Assembly (NCBI GenBank): GCA_018702695.1
Contig: JABIYR010000072.1
Coordinates: 1-61,617, forward strand
Length of the DNA: 61,617 nt
Direction of reading: 5' to 3'
DNA from: Nitrospina sp.
GTDB taxonomy: Bacteria; Nitrospinota; Nitrospinia; Nitrospinales; VA-1
The translations under genes and the position numbers were made by a program. Of the stretch, positions 29,450 through 39,129 are shown piece by piece. The notes below the pieces were generated by a model, which worked only from the letters and a program-made list of their open reading frames with translations, searched no databases and was not told where the DNA came from. Position 1 is the first letter of the stretch, and the number at the start of each line of letters is the position of its first letter.

Positions 29450-29830
29450 ATGTTATCTAAGTTCAAGATGGCTAGAGGAGAAAAGGGTTTTACCCTTATT
29501 GAGTTACTGATCGTTATTGCAATCATCGGTATTTTGGCGGCTATCGCGATTCCTCAGTTCAGTGCTTACAAGAACCGAGCTTACCAGTCGGATTCTAAAG
29601 CCAACCTGCATAACTTGTTCTTGGCTTGTAAAGCCTATTGGGCAGATGAAGGTGGCACGTCCGATTGCGCTGTTGCAGCTGTTACTGGTGGTACTTATGG
29701 TTATGCTCAGTCAACAGATGTCACGGTTGCTATCACCACGGCTCCTGAGACTACTTTTGTGGCGACAGCAATAAACACCAAAGAAAACACAACCTTTTCG
29801 ATCTCTTCAGACGGCGCGATTACACCGTAG
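29450..29830 (+). CDS. pilA: Type IVa major pilin
   Basis: G|FTLIELLIVIAIIGILAAIAIPQFSAY; AGGAG RBS; own promoter and terminator. Confidence 0.92.
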   Translation: MLSKFKMARGEKGFTLIELLIVIAIIGILAAIAIPQFSAYKNRAYQSDSKANLHNLFLACKAYWADEGGTSDCAVAAVTGGTYGYAQSTDVTVAITTAPETTFVATAINTKENTTFSISSDGAITP

Positions 29831-29853
29831 TTGAGCTTTTTGTTGATGCAGTT

Positions 29854-29898
29854 TCCCCATTCCTCGTCTGTTAGGCGGGGCGTGGGGAGTTTTCTTTT
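29854..29898 (+). terminator. Rho-independent terminator after pilA
   Basis: TCCCCATTCCTCGTCT / AGGCGGGGCGTGGGGA stem followed by GTTTTCTTTT. Confidence 0.65.
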
Positions 29899-29916
29899 AA
29901 CGGTCCAATCCGCTTT

Positions 29917-32156
29917 ATGACAGCCCTTCCTTTAAAGACTCGAATCTTTTTTTTTTAATTCTGCTCCCTGCTGTTGTTTATCTTGGCACGCTTGCACCGA
30001 CCCTTGATTATCGAGATTCACCGGAATTCATCGACACGGCTTTTTCTTTAGGAATCAGTCACCCTGCGGGTTTCCCCACCTATAACTTATTGGCCAAGAC
30101 CATTACTTTTCTTCCCTTGGGTTCGATGGCTTTCAAGGTCAACCTATTTTCGATGGTTTTTGCTTGCCTGACTCTGATTTTTCTGTACCTCACGACTCAG
30201 CTGTTTCTTGAAATAGTGTTTGGGCCGGGGCAAGATCGAATCATTGTGGGGGTTTTTCCTGTTTTATTTTTGGCATTCAGCGAACCATTTTGGTATCACG
30301 CGTTGATTGCGGAAGTTTATAGCCTGCATTCATTTTTTACCTGTCTGATTATTTATCACCTCTTGCAATGGAGAGTGAAAGCGGATATTCGTTATCTATT
30401 TTCAGCCGCTTTTTTTTATGGCTTGAGCGCGGGAAACCATGCAACCGTTGTTTTCTATCTGCCAGCGATATTATTATTATTTTTGGCATGGCAGAAAAAA
30501 GCACGTTTTAAAAATATTGTCATTTCCAGCTTAATTTTTATTATCGGTTTTTCGGTCTATTTGTATTTACCCGTTCGCTCTTTAGCAGAACCGACGATTG
30601 ATTGGGGAAACCCGGAAACGGTGCAGGGTTTTTTATACCATGTCACCGACCGACAACATGCAAACACCCATTTTGATCAATTATCGGGGGCACCACCCGG
30701 CACACTTGATGAAGTCGCTATAGGTTTGAGTGGGTTGGGAGGCAAAGCCCTGCATGTTCTAAATATGTTGGTGCAGGATCTGAATCAGCAACTCACAGCG
30801 ATCATTGTTGTGGGTTTTCTTTTCGGGGGAATATTGTGTTTTAAGGCAAATCGCCCGTTATATTTCTTCTTTTTCTTGATTGTCGCGATGAACGCCGCAT
30901 TTTTTGTGGGGTGGAGAAAAGAAAGTTATTTTCCTTCCCATATTGTAGCTTGTATGTGGACTTCCGCTTTTTTAGCTTGGCTTTTCCAGCAAAAAGGGTT
31001 GAGGCCGTCAACGGCTTTAAAACAGGGGCCGCTGGTAAAAGGCAAACTTTCAGTTCAGCCCAACGGGCAGACCTTGGTTATTTTGGTTCTGGTGGGGTGC
31101 GTACTGTGGCAGATCTCTTCGAACTATAACAAGGTGGATCGTTCGGGCAACTATTTTGCCGAGTCTTTATTAAAGCGAATGGTGCTCTCTCTGGATAATG
31201 ACAGTATTTTTGTTGCGGGGATTTCGTGGTTCAATGTCGCCTACCATCAGGATGTAATGCGGTTGAGAGATGATGTCACGTTTGTGAAAGCTTGGGATTT
31301 TTTGGATGTCTACCCTCCTTCCGTTTTGACTTCGAGAAAATATCCAGACCTGAAACTGCCGACGCCAGAGAAATTTCGCTTTGGATCCAGAGAAGAGTCT
31401 TATATGTATCTGCTAGATTTTTTTAATAAAAATGCAGCGCAACACCCGGTCTTAATCGAACAAAATATTTCACTGTTGCAGGAATTTCCTTTAGCAGAAA
31501 AACTGGCTCCGCACAATAATCTGTTATTGCGCTATTTGCCCCAGCCAGACCTCACTGCCAGCGATATTTCGCAAGGGTTTGCTGAATTCAAGCAGTGGAT
31601 GGAAGAAGAATTGAGTCTACCGGGAATTCAACATGACCCAACATGGATCCGAAAGATAACCTTTTATATTCCTTCTTTTGCCGCATATTTCCATTCTGCA
31701 GGTTATTATAAAGAGGAAAGAGATGCTCTGCGATTAATGAAAGAATTTCTCGGGCAGGGCGGGGTCGCTTGGGATTTTAAGATGGTGGACAACTATATTC
31801 TTAGTAATGAGTTGGATAGGGCGCGTCAGCAATGGAAAGGCATGAAGCAAAAATTTCCCAATCATTATGAGACCCATTTGGCGGCAGGGATTTTATTGAG
31901 TCAGGAAGGAAAAGAGAAGGAAGGCCTGAATGCATTGAACAGAGCTTCTGATAAAAAACAGAAAGCATTTCGTCCTTATTTTGAATCTGCGAAAACCAGA
32001 ATAGTGTTGAAAGACTTTGAAAATGCTAAAAGAGACTTGGGGCAGGCCCGAGCCCGAATCACCTCACTCGAAGAACTCAAGCAAGTACAATATATTTGTA
32101 GTATTGAGCGTTTTATAAGTGGCTCTGAAATATGCAAAACAGATGGAACTCTTTAA
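29917..32156 (+). pseudogene. DUF2723/TMEM260-like GT-C glycosyltransferase with C-terminal TPR, frameshifted in a T10 tract (phase-off, pseudogene or sequencing error)
   Basis: The ATG 29917 frame stops at TAA 29956 at the end of T10 (29947-29956). The other frame continues LILLPAVVYLGTLAPTLDYRDSPEFIDTAFSLGISHPAGFPTYNLLAK into ORF 30090..32156 (LIAEVYSL, GNH, DWGNP). Confidence 0.8.
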
Positions 32157-32167
32157 GGTGTCCTTAA

Positions 32168-33118
32168 ATGTATAAAGAAAAAACTATATCTGTGGTGGTT
32201 CCTGCTCACAATGAGCAAAAATTGATTCAAAAGATGTTGCAGGATTTGCCACATTGGATCGACCATATTTATGTCATCGACGATTACAGTGAAGACGCTA
32301 CCGCCACGAAGGTAGAAGAACGAATGGCAACCGACTCGCGCATTAGTTTGATTCGCCATGAAAAAAATCAGGGCGTTGGGGCGGCCATTTGTACAGGTTA
32401 TAAAGCAAGCTTGGAAAATGAGGTTGACATCGCGGTGGTCATGGCAGGGGATGCTCAGATGGACCCCGCCGATTTAGAAAACCTGATACGACCGGTGGCG
32501 TTAGAAGGGGTGGACTACGCGAAAGGCAATCGTTTGTTTCAAGGCAAAGCTTGGGAGATCATTCCCCGGCACCGTTATATTGGCAATAGTGTTTTATCGT
32601 TATTGACCAAGATCGCCAGTGGCTATTGGCATGTTGCCGACACGCAGTGTGGATACACGGCGATATCAAAAAGAGCATTGGCATTGATAGAGCTGGATAA
32701 GGTCTACCCCCGGTATGGTATGCCCAATGACCTGTTGGTCAAGCTTAATATCGCTGATTGTTCGGTGCGTGATGTTCCCGTTCGTCCCGTTTACGATATT
32801 GGCGAGGTTTCCGAAATACGTATTTCACGGGTGGTCATGACCATATCGAGATTGCTGGTGCAATGTTTTTTTAGACGGTTGCTGGAAAAATATGTAATCC
32901 GAGATTTTCATCCACTGGTCTTTTTTTATACCCTCGGGCTGATCGCGTTTCCCACGGGGACTCTCACTGGCGGGTATTTTTTCTTGTATCGCATATTTTT
33001 TGGGCCGGTCTCCCCCACCACGGCTTTGTTCGCCGTCTTCATGGTGATGTCGGGTTTGCAGTTTCTATTGTTTGCCATGTGGTTTGATATGGAAAACAAT
33101 AAACATCTGAAAGGCTGA
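32168..33118 (+). CDS. GT2 glycosyltransferase, polyprenyl-phosphate sugar synthase-like (DPM1/GtrB type)
   Basis: VVVPAHNE, IDDYSED, NQGVGAA, MAGDAQMDP, DTQCGY; two C-terminal TMs. Confidence 0.88.
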   Translation: MYKEKTISVVVPAHNEQKLIQKMLQDLPHWIDHIYVIDDYSEDATATKVEERMATDSRISLIRHEKNQGVGAAICTGYKASLENEVDIAVVMAGDAQMDPADLENLIRPVALEGVDYAKGNRLFQGKAWEIIPRHRYIGNSVLSLLTKIASGYWHVADTQCGYTAISKRALALIELDKVYPRYGMPNDLLVKLNIADCSVRDVPVRPVYDIGEVSEIRISRVVMTISRLLVQCFFRRLLEKYVIRDFHPLVFFYTLGLIAFPTGTLTGGYFFLYRIFFGPVSPTTALFAVFMVMSGLQFLLFAMWFDMENNKHLKG

Positions 33119-33153
33119 GTCTAAATGAAGGCTCGCGATACGAATGAATAAAG

Positions 33154-33321
33154 ATGTCATTGCCGTTCTATTTTTATCGCGGTGTGAAGCTCAAAGCGGG
33201 CCAACATGTCGTGGAGTTTTCGTACATTCCCGAAGAATTCCCAGTCGGATTAAGAATCAGTTTTCTTGCCTTGATATTTTGTGTCTTCGGACCCTTATTT
33301 TATCGGTTTATAAATCATTGA
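33154..33321 (+). pseudogene. C-terminal remnant of a YfhO-family membrane protein
   Basis: Frame absent from the ORF track reads YFYRGVKLKAGQHVVEFSYIPEEFPVGLRISFLALIFCVF, matching the YfhO C-terminal pattern (RxVxLxAGxHxVEFxYxPxxFxxGxxIS plus TM). Confidence 0.65.
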
Positions 33322-33450
33322 GTCGTAGATTGCAGGCGAGATTCGTTTTATTTCTCTGCGATAACGATTGTTATGATATGGCGGTATCATAGAATATCTA
33401 ATGTCCCTAGTATGTTGATTTTAAAGGGGTAATTTGATAGGATGTGGGGC

Positions 33451-35112
33451 ATGACTATCGCAAAGGATTTCATTGTAATCGGTTCGGGGGTGGCAGGGCT
33501 GACGTTTGCGTTGAAGGTTTGCAAATTCGGCTCTGTAGGCATCATCACCAAAGATGCGTTGGAAGAGTCGGCAACCAAATATGCTCAAGGCGGCATCGCC
33601 TCGGTGATGGCAGAAGACGACTCGTTTGATCTGCATGTCAAAGACACGATGGAAACCGGGCGTGGGCTTTGCCATGAAGATTTTGTACGCATTGCTTGTG
33701 GAGAAGGCCCGGCACGCATTCGTGAATTGATCGAATTGGGAGCCAAATTTGATCGCGTCCGTGGAGCTGGGTTTGATCTGGGCAAAGAGGGCGGTCATTC
33801 TAAACGCAGAATTTTACATGCCAATGATCTCACAGGTTGGGAGATTGAACGTACTCTCATTGAGGCGGTGCAGGCGCAAGAAAATATAGAAATATTTGAG
33901 CATCATATGGCCATCGACCTCATCACCCGGGCAAGGCTTGAGGAGGATGTGCAACCGGGAAGTCCGCAAGATGAAGCATTAGGCCTGTATGTTCTGGATC
34001 ATAAGACTCAAAAAGTAGAGACCATGGTCGGCGGAATCATTCTTCTGGCTACGGGTGGCGCGGGCAAAGTTTATGTTTATACCTCGAACCCGGATACGGC
34101 GACAGGCGATGGCGTGGCGGTGGCTTACCGTGCCGGAGCGCAGATTGCAAATATGGAATTTTTTCAGTTCCACCCGACCTGTCTGTTTCACCCTAAAGCA
34201 AAATCATTCCTCATTTCGGAGACGGTGCGAGGCGAAGGCGGAGTTTTGCGTTTGCAAAATGGCAACACCTTCATGGAGAGCTACCATCCTTTAGGGTGTC
34301 TGGCTCCGCGTGATGTGGTGGCACGTGCCATTGACTATGAGATGAAAAAGAGTGGCGATGATTATGTTTTGCTGGATGTCACGCATCTTGAGGGTTATAG
34401 AATTCGCGAACGTTTCCCCAATATTTATAAAACCTGTTTGGATTTTGGTTTCGATATGTCCCGCGAGCCATTGCCAGTTGTGCCGGCGGCACATTATATG
34501 TGCGGTGGGCTGGTGGTCGATGTCAGCGGTCAAACAAATATAAAACGACTTTTTGCCAGTGGAGAGGTGTGCTTTTCTGGTCTGCACGGAGCCAATAGAC
34601 TGGCCTCCAACTCTTTGTTAGAAGGGTTGGTGCTTTCTCACCGTGCGGTGGAAAAAGCGGTGGGCATATTTAAAGAATCAAAACTATCTAAAACTTTGTT
34701 GGAACAGATTCCTGAATGGGATCCGGGAAGCGCGGTAGATAGTGATGAGTCGGTGGTGGTTTCGCATAACTGGGACGAAATTCGCCGGTTGATGTGGAAT
34801 TATGTTGGCATTGTTCGTTCCACAAAGCGCCTCAAACGGGCGGAACGTCGCATCCAACTTTTGCTGGAAGAAATCCAAGAATATTATTGGAATTTTAAAA
34901 TTACCAAAGACACCCTGGAGTTGAGGAATCTCACCATCACAGCGCAGTTGATCATTCAGGGTGCGTTGACTCGAAAAGAAAGTCGAGGTTTGCATTATAA
35001 CCTCGATTATCCAGAAACCGATGACAAACACTGGAAACAAGATACGGTTTTTCAGAATCGCGTGCATCGATTGATAACTCAAACCAACCCGAGAATTGTG
35101 ACTCATGAGTGA
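33451..35112 (+). CDS. nadB: L-aspartate oxidase
   Basis: GSGVAGL, YAQGGIA, EGGHS..RILH, QFHPT, HYMCGG, GLHGANRLASNSLLE. Confidence 0.96.
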   Translation: MTIAKDFIVIGSGVAGLTFALKVCKFGSVGIITKDALEESATKYAQGGIASVMAEDDSFDLHVKDTMETGRGLCHEDFVRIACGEGPARIRELIELGAKFDRVRGAGFDLGKEGGHSKRRILHANDLTGWEIERTLIEAVQAQENIEIFEHHMAIDLITRARLEEDVQPGSPQDEALGLYVLDHKTQKVETMVGGIILLATGGAGKVYVYTSNPDTATGDGVAVAYRAGAQIANMEFFQFHPTCLFHPKAKSFLISETVRGEGGVLRLQNGNTFMESYHPLGCLAPRDVVARAIDYEMKKSGDDYVLLDVTHLEGYRIRERFPNIYKTCLDFGFDMSREPLPVVPAAHYMCGGLVVDVSGQTNIKRLFASGEVCFSGLHGANRLASNSLLEGLVLSHRAVEKAVGIFKESKLSKTLLEQIPEWDPGSAVDSDESVVVSHNWDEIRRLMWNYVGIVRSTKRLKRAERRIQLLLEEIQEYYWNFKITKDTLELRNLTITAQLIIQGALTRKESRGLHYNLDYPETDDKHWKQDTVFQNRVHRLITQTNPRIVTHE

Positions 35113-37444
35113 AGAAAAAACAGTACCTATACTAATTCGAGATTTTTTTGGTGTGGTGGCGCTGGCCTTTACGGTATTTGGTTTTATGGCGTTGATGACT
35201 TTTTCGCCAGACGACCCCTCCTTCAATAAAAGTGTGACGGGAACGAATGTGGCAAACTCTGTTGGCATGGTCGGAGCCTATTTTTCTGATGGTCTGGCCA
35301 CCGCTTTTGGCAGTGGCTCGTTTTTCTTTCCGGTGATCACTGCATTTTTAGGCTGGGCTTTGATTCGAGGAAAAGATTTTCATAACTGGCCGCTGGTCTT
35401 GGGTTCGGGCGTATTATTTTTGATTGGCCTGTGTTCCTTATTAGCGATCCAGTTCAAGGTCGACCCGTATTTTGAGGGAGCGGTTCCGGTTGGCGGGGTG
35501 ATTGGCAGTGGTCTAGGTGGATTTCTGGTGGCATGGTTGAATGCTTCAGGTGCGGTGTTGAGTCTTATTACTTTATTATTTGTCGCCTTCTTGGTGATGA
35601 CTCGTATTCCCGTTAATGTTCTGGTTGAGGGCATCGCAAAAATGTTCAAGGCGTTAGCCACAGGATTGATAAGGAGTGGAGTTGAAATAAAAAAAGGAGC
35701 TTTGAAAAGTTTCACTGCTCTTTTGCATTTGATTGCAAAAATGCGAACGGTGAAAGAGGCGACGCAAAGAGCCCGAAAAGATGCGGTTGAACCGGTGATT
35801 GTGACTCGAAGCCGACCCGAGCCAGTGGTGGTTGAAAGGCCGATGAAAAAGAAAAAGGACGAGAAGGTGGAGTTTGTGGTGCAAGATCATTTTGCTTTCA
35901 TGAGTTCATCTGGAAAATATCAGGTTCCTCCTCTATCGCTATTAGAAGACCCGCCTCCTCATGAAGGCATACAGAGTGATAAGGCACGTAGCGAAATTCT
36001 TGCCAGCAGTGCAATTTTGGAAAAGAAATTATTAGATTTTGGCATCCAAGGGCGTGTGGTTCAAGTGCTTCCCGGTCCTGTTATTACCACATTTGAATAT
36101 GAGCCGGCACCGGGGGTCAAGGTCAGTCGAATCGTATCTTTAGCGGACGATTTATCTTTGGCCATGCGTTGCGTGAGCTTGCGTATCTTAGCTCCTGTGC
36201 CAGGTAAGCCAGTTGTGGGTATCGAGATTCCCAATACTCGCCGCGAGACCGTTTATTTTAAGGATGTCATGACCTCGGAAGTCTTTCAGGAGTCGACCTC
36301 TAATCTCACTCTGGTCATTGGAAAAGATATTACGGGTGAACCGGCGGTACAAGACCTAGCGACCACGCCGCATTTACTCATGGCCGGTTCAACGGGATCG
36401 GGCAAGAGTGTGGGTCTCAATGCGATGATTTGCAGTATTCTTTTGAATGCGACTCCCGATGAAGTCAAGATGATCATGATAGACCCAAAAATGCTCGAGT
36501 TATCCATTTATGATGGTATTCCACATTTGATTTCCCCGGTGGTGACCAACCCTAAGAAGGCCGCCGCGGCGTTACAATGGGCGGTCAACGAAATGGAGTC
36601 ACGCTATAAAATGATGGCCGAGCGTGGGGTACGAAATATTAACGGTTTTAATGAGTTGGCTGAGAAGCTTCAGAGAGAATATGAGCTCGAGCTGAAAAAA
36701 CGACAAAAGGCAGAAAAAGAAGCTCCGCCAGTAAAAGCGGAAGATGAAGAAGATGAGGAACCAGAAGTCTTATTGCCAGAGCCACCAGCTAAACTTCCTT
36801 ATGTCGTTATTCTGATTGATGAGCTGGCCGATCTCATGATGGTGGCTTCCAAAGGGGTGGAAGATTCATTGACCCGGCTGGCGCAGATGGCGCGAGCCGC
36901 TGGCATTCACTTGATCGTTGCCACGCAACGCCCTTCGGTCGATGTTTTAACGGGAATCATTAAAGCAAATTTTCCCACCCGCATGTCTTATAAGGTGACT
37001 TCGCGCGTGGATTCACGAACCATTCTGGATACCATGGGTGCTGATAAACTGCTGGGTAAGGGCGACATGCTCTTTCTACCACCGGGAACTTCTAAACTTC
37101 TGCGGTTGCATGGTGTTATGGTCAGTGATGAGGAAATTCAGCGTATTGTAGATTTCATCAAAAAGCAGGCCAAGCCACATTATCAAGAAGATATTTTTGA
37201 CTCGGTTGTTGAGGAGCAGGAAAAAGGGGAAGAGCAGGAAGAGTATGATGAGAAGTATGATGAAGCGCTTGCTATTGTTGCTAAAGACCGACAGGCCTCC
37301 ATATCCTATATACAACGGCGTTTGCGAATCGGTTATAACCGAGCCGCTCGCATCATCGAAACTATGGAGCGCGAAGGAGTGGTGGGCCCTTCTGATGGAG
37401 TCCGGCCTCGTGAAGTTTATGTCAGCCCAATTGAAATTGAATAA
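35105..37444 (+). CDS. ftsK: DNA translocase FtsK
   Basis: N-terminal TMs, GSTGSGKS, IDELADLM, ATQRPSVDV, gamma domain (QRRLRIGYNRAARI). Confidence 0.96.
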   Translation: MSEEKTVPILIRDFFGVVALAFTVFGFMALMTFSPDDPSFNKSVTGTNVANSVGMVGAYFSDGLATAFGSGSFFFPVITAFLGWALIRGKDFHNWPLVLGSGVLFLIGLCSLLAIQFKVDPYFEGAVPVGGVIGSGLGGFLVAWLNASGAVLSLITLLFVAFLVMTRIPVNVLVEGIAKMFKALATGLIRSGVEIKKGALKSFTALLHLIAKMRTVKEATQRARKDAVEPVIVTRSRPEPVVVERPMKKKKDEKVEFVVQDHFAFMSSSGKYQVPPLSLLEDPPPHEGIQSDKARSEILASSAILEKKLLDFGIQGRVVQVLPGPVITTFEYEPAPGVKVSRIVSLADDLSLAMRCVSLRILAPVPGKPVVGIEIPNTRRETVYFKDVMTSEVFQESTSNLTLVIGKDITGEPAVQDLATTPHLLMAGSTGSGKSVGLNAMICSILLNATPDEVKMIMIDPKMLELSIYDGIPHLISPVVTNPKKAAAALQWAVNEMESRYKMMAERGVRNINGFNELAEKLQREYELELKKRQKAEKEAPPVKAEDEEDEEPEVLLPEPPAKLPYVVILIDELADLMMVASKGVEDSLTRLAQMARAAGIHLIVATQRPSVDVLTGIIKANFPTRMSYKVTSRVDSRTILDTMGADKLLGKGDMLFLPPGTSKLLRLHGVMVSDEEIQRIVDFIKKQAKPHYQEDIFDSVVEEQEKGEEQEEYDEKYDEALAIVAKDRQASISYIQRRLRIGYNRAARIIETMEREGVVGPSDGVRPREVYVSPIEIE

Positions 37445-38324
37445 AAGGAGCGGAAAATCTATTTTCCAGTTTGTACTGGTTCTGTTTATTCTTTTGTATG
37501 CGGTGCAAGTCAGCCTCGCTGGTATTTTTTCATACCGGGATGAAAAAGGGGTGGTCCACTTCACGGATGATATTTCTAACATCCCTAAACAATACCGTGA
37601 GAGCAAAGAAGGGGTTCGCAAACACCGTGAAGGTCGCGGTGCACATCGCGCTGACCCCGCCCCGCCAAAACCTATCGAACTTCCCGGTTCATTCGCTTCG
37701 CATCAAGAAATTCAAATTCCTCTCATTCCTGTAAGCGGTGGAAATTTTTTAGTCGATACCGTTCTCGATGGTCGAGTCAAAGCTAGGCTAATGCTCGATA
37801 CCGGTGCTTCTTTCATCACTCTCACTGAAGAAATCGGACGCAAACTGGGCGTTGCCACCTACTCTGATTCGGCTGAACTGCCTTTCAACACGGCTGGCGG
37901 TGAAGAGTGGATGCCCGTCATAGCGTTGAGCAAAGTCAGCATTGGTACAGCCACTACCCAATTAGTGGAAGCGTCTATCAATAGCCATATTAAGGGCATT
38001 GATGGATTGCTAGGAATGAGCTTTCTTGGCGATTTTCGTTTTGAAATTGATCGCACCAACAAACTCCTCACATTAAAGCCGTCACAGAAACCGGCTGAAC
38101 TTGCATGGGAGGGCAAGTCGGGAAACTGGTGGAAAAGTCGCTTTGAACATTATGATGCGACCATCAGCAGTTATTCGGCTCGGGCGGCCTTTCTGCAACG
38201 CCGTGGCCACGAAAAAGCGTTGAATATGCAGAAGACGGTGGATTTTTATAAAACATTACGCCAGAAATTAACCACCCGGGCTTCTATTTCTGGCCTGCCG
38301 GTGAATTTCCGGTCGTCTCAATAA
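37437..38324 (+). CDS. Exported DUF4124 plus retropepsin-like aspartyl protease
   Basis: Signal peptide, YRDEKGVVHFTDD, LDTGAS and GLLGMSFL. Probable TTG start near the ftsK stop. Confidence 0.82.
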   Translation: MNKRSGKSIFQFVLVLFILLYAVQVSLAGIFSYRDEKGVVHFTDDISNIPKQYRESKEGVRKHREGRGAHRADPAPPKPIELPGSFASHQEIQIPLIPVSGGNFLVDTVLDGRVKARLMLDTGASFITLTEEIGRKLGVATYSDSAELPFNTAGGEEWMPVIALSKVSIGTATTQLVEASINSHIKGIDGLLGMSFLGDFRFEIDRTNKLLTLKPSQKPAELAWEGKSGNWWKSRFEHYDATISSYSARAAFLQRRGHEKALNMQKTVDFYKTLRQKLTTRASISGLPVNFRSSQ

Positions 38325-38334
38325 GTACTGATCG

Positions 38335-39120
38335 GTGCCAAGTGATGTCTTTTCCTCTCTCAAAAAAATGGACCCCGCCTATGTTTTTGTTCTATTAGGG
38401 GCGAGCAATCTAGCGAGAGGTTATTCGGCTTTGACGAGGCATCTTTCAGAAAGTATTGCGCCTGACGCGGTACAATTTTTAACAGCGTTGGGGCCGGGTC
38501 GAGGTTATTGCGCCAGAGGGGGGTTGTTAAATTTTTCCTACTCTCCTATTGGCGAATGCAAAATGATGCAGTCGGAGTCTTTAAAATCAAGTGGAAGGGT
38601 TGTGGTGCTCATTACAGATATTGGCAATGATATTATGTATGGAGTTTCCGATGCTTCTCTAATTGGTTGTTTGGATGCTCTCATCGAAAACTCTTTGCGG
38701 TGGAATGCTGAAATATTTGTAACTTCCATTCATGTCGATGCCTCCAAAGATTTAGGGAAAATTTCTTTCAAACTATTGAAGGCAATTTTTTACCCTAAAA
38801 GTTCGGTAACATTTGAGCAGGTTGACGTGACCATAAAAAAAGTGAATCAATACCTTCAGAATAAAACAGCCCAGAACAAAAGCCTCCACTTGTTAGAGGG
38901 GCTGGGGGTTTATTCAGGGTTCGATAAAATTCATTATGGTTTGTTCAAAAGTCATCTTGCTTGGTCGTGCATCGCCAATGATATGCTGGTCGCTTTAAAT
39001 AAGAAGCCTGTTGGGAAAATAGGGTTCGGCTCTATAGTGATTTCATTATGTGAAAATCTCAGCCGTCTGTTTACCGTGGATATGTTGAGGATAAAAAAAA
39101 GGCAAAAGGGGTTTTTCTAG
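38335..39120 (+). CDS. SGNH/GDSL-like hydrolase
   Basis: LLGASN, DIGND and DKIHY resemble blocks I, III and V. Confidence 0.6.
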   Translation: MPSDVFSSLKKMDPAYVFVLLGASNLARGYSALTRHLSESIAPDAVQFLTALGPGRGYCARGGLLNFSYSPIGECKMMQSESLKSSGRVVVLITDIGNDIMYGVSDASLIGCLDALIENSLRWNAEIFVTSIHVDASKDLGKISFKLLKAIFYPKSSVTFEQVDVTIKKVNQYLQNKTAQNKSLHLLEGLGVYSGFDKIHYGLFKSHLAWSCIANDMLVALNKKPVGKIGFGSIVISLCENLSRLFTVDMLRIKKRQKGFF

Positions 39121-39129
39121 GATTCATCG

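Noticed and set aside
33144-33392. 82-aa ORF from the track
   Set aside because: No recognisable features; the overlapping frame 33154-33321 carries the YfhO-like signal.
37197-37436. N-terminal extension of the protease ORF
   Set aside because: Overlaps the ftsK gamma domain; the signal peptide begins only near 37437.
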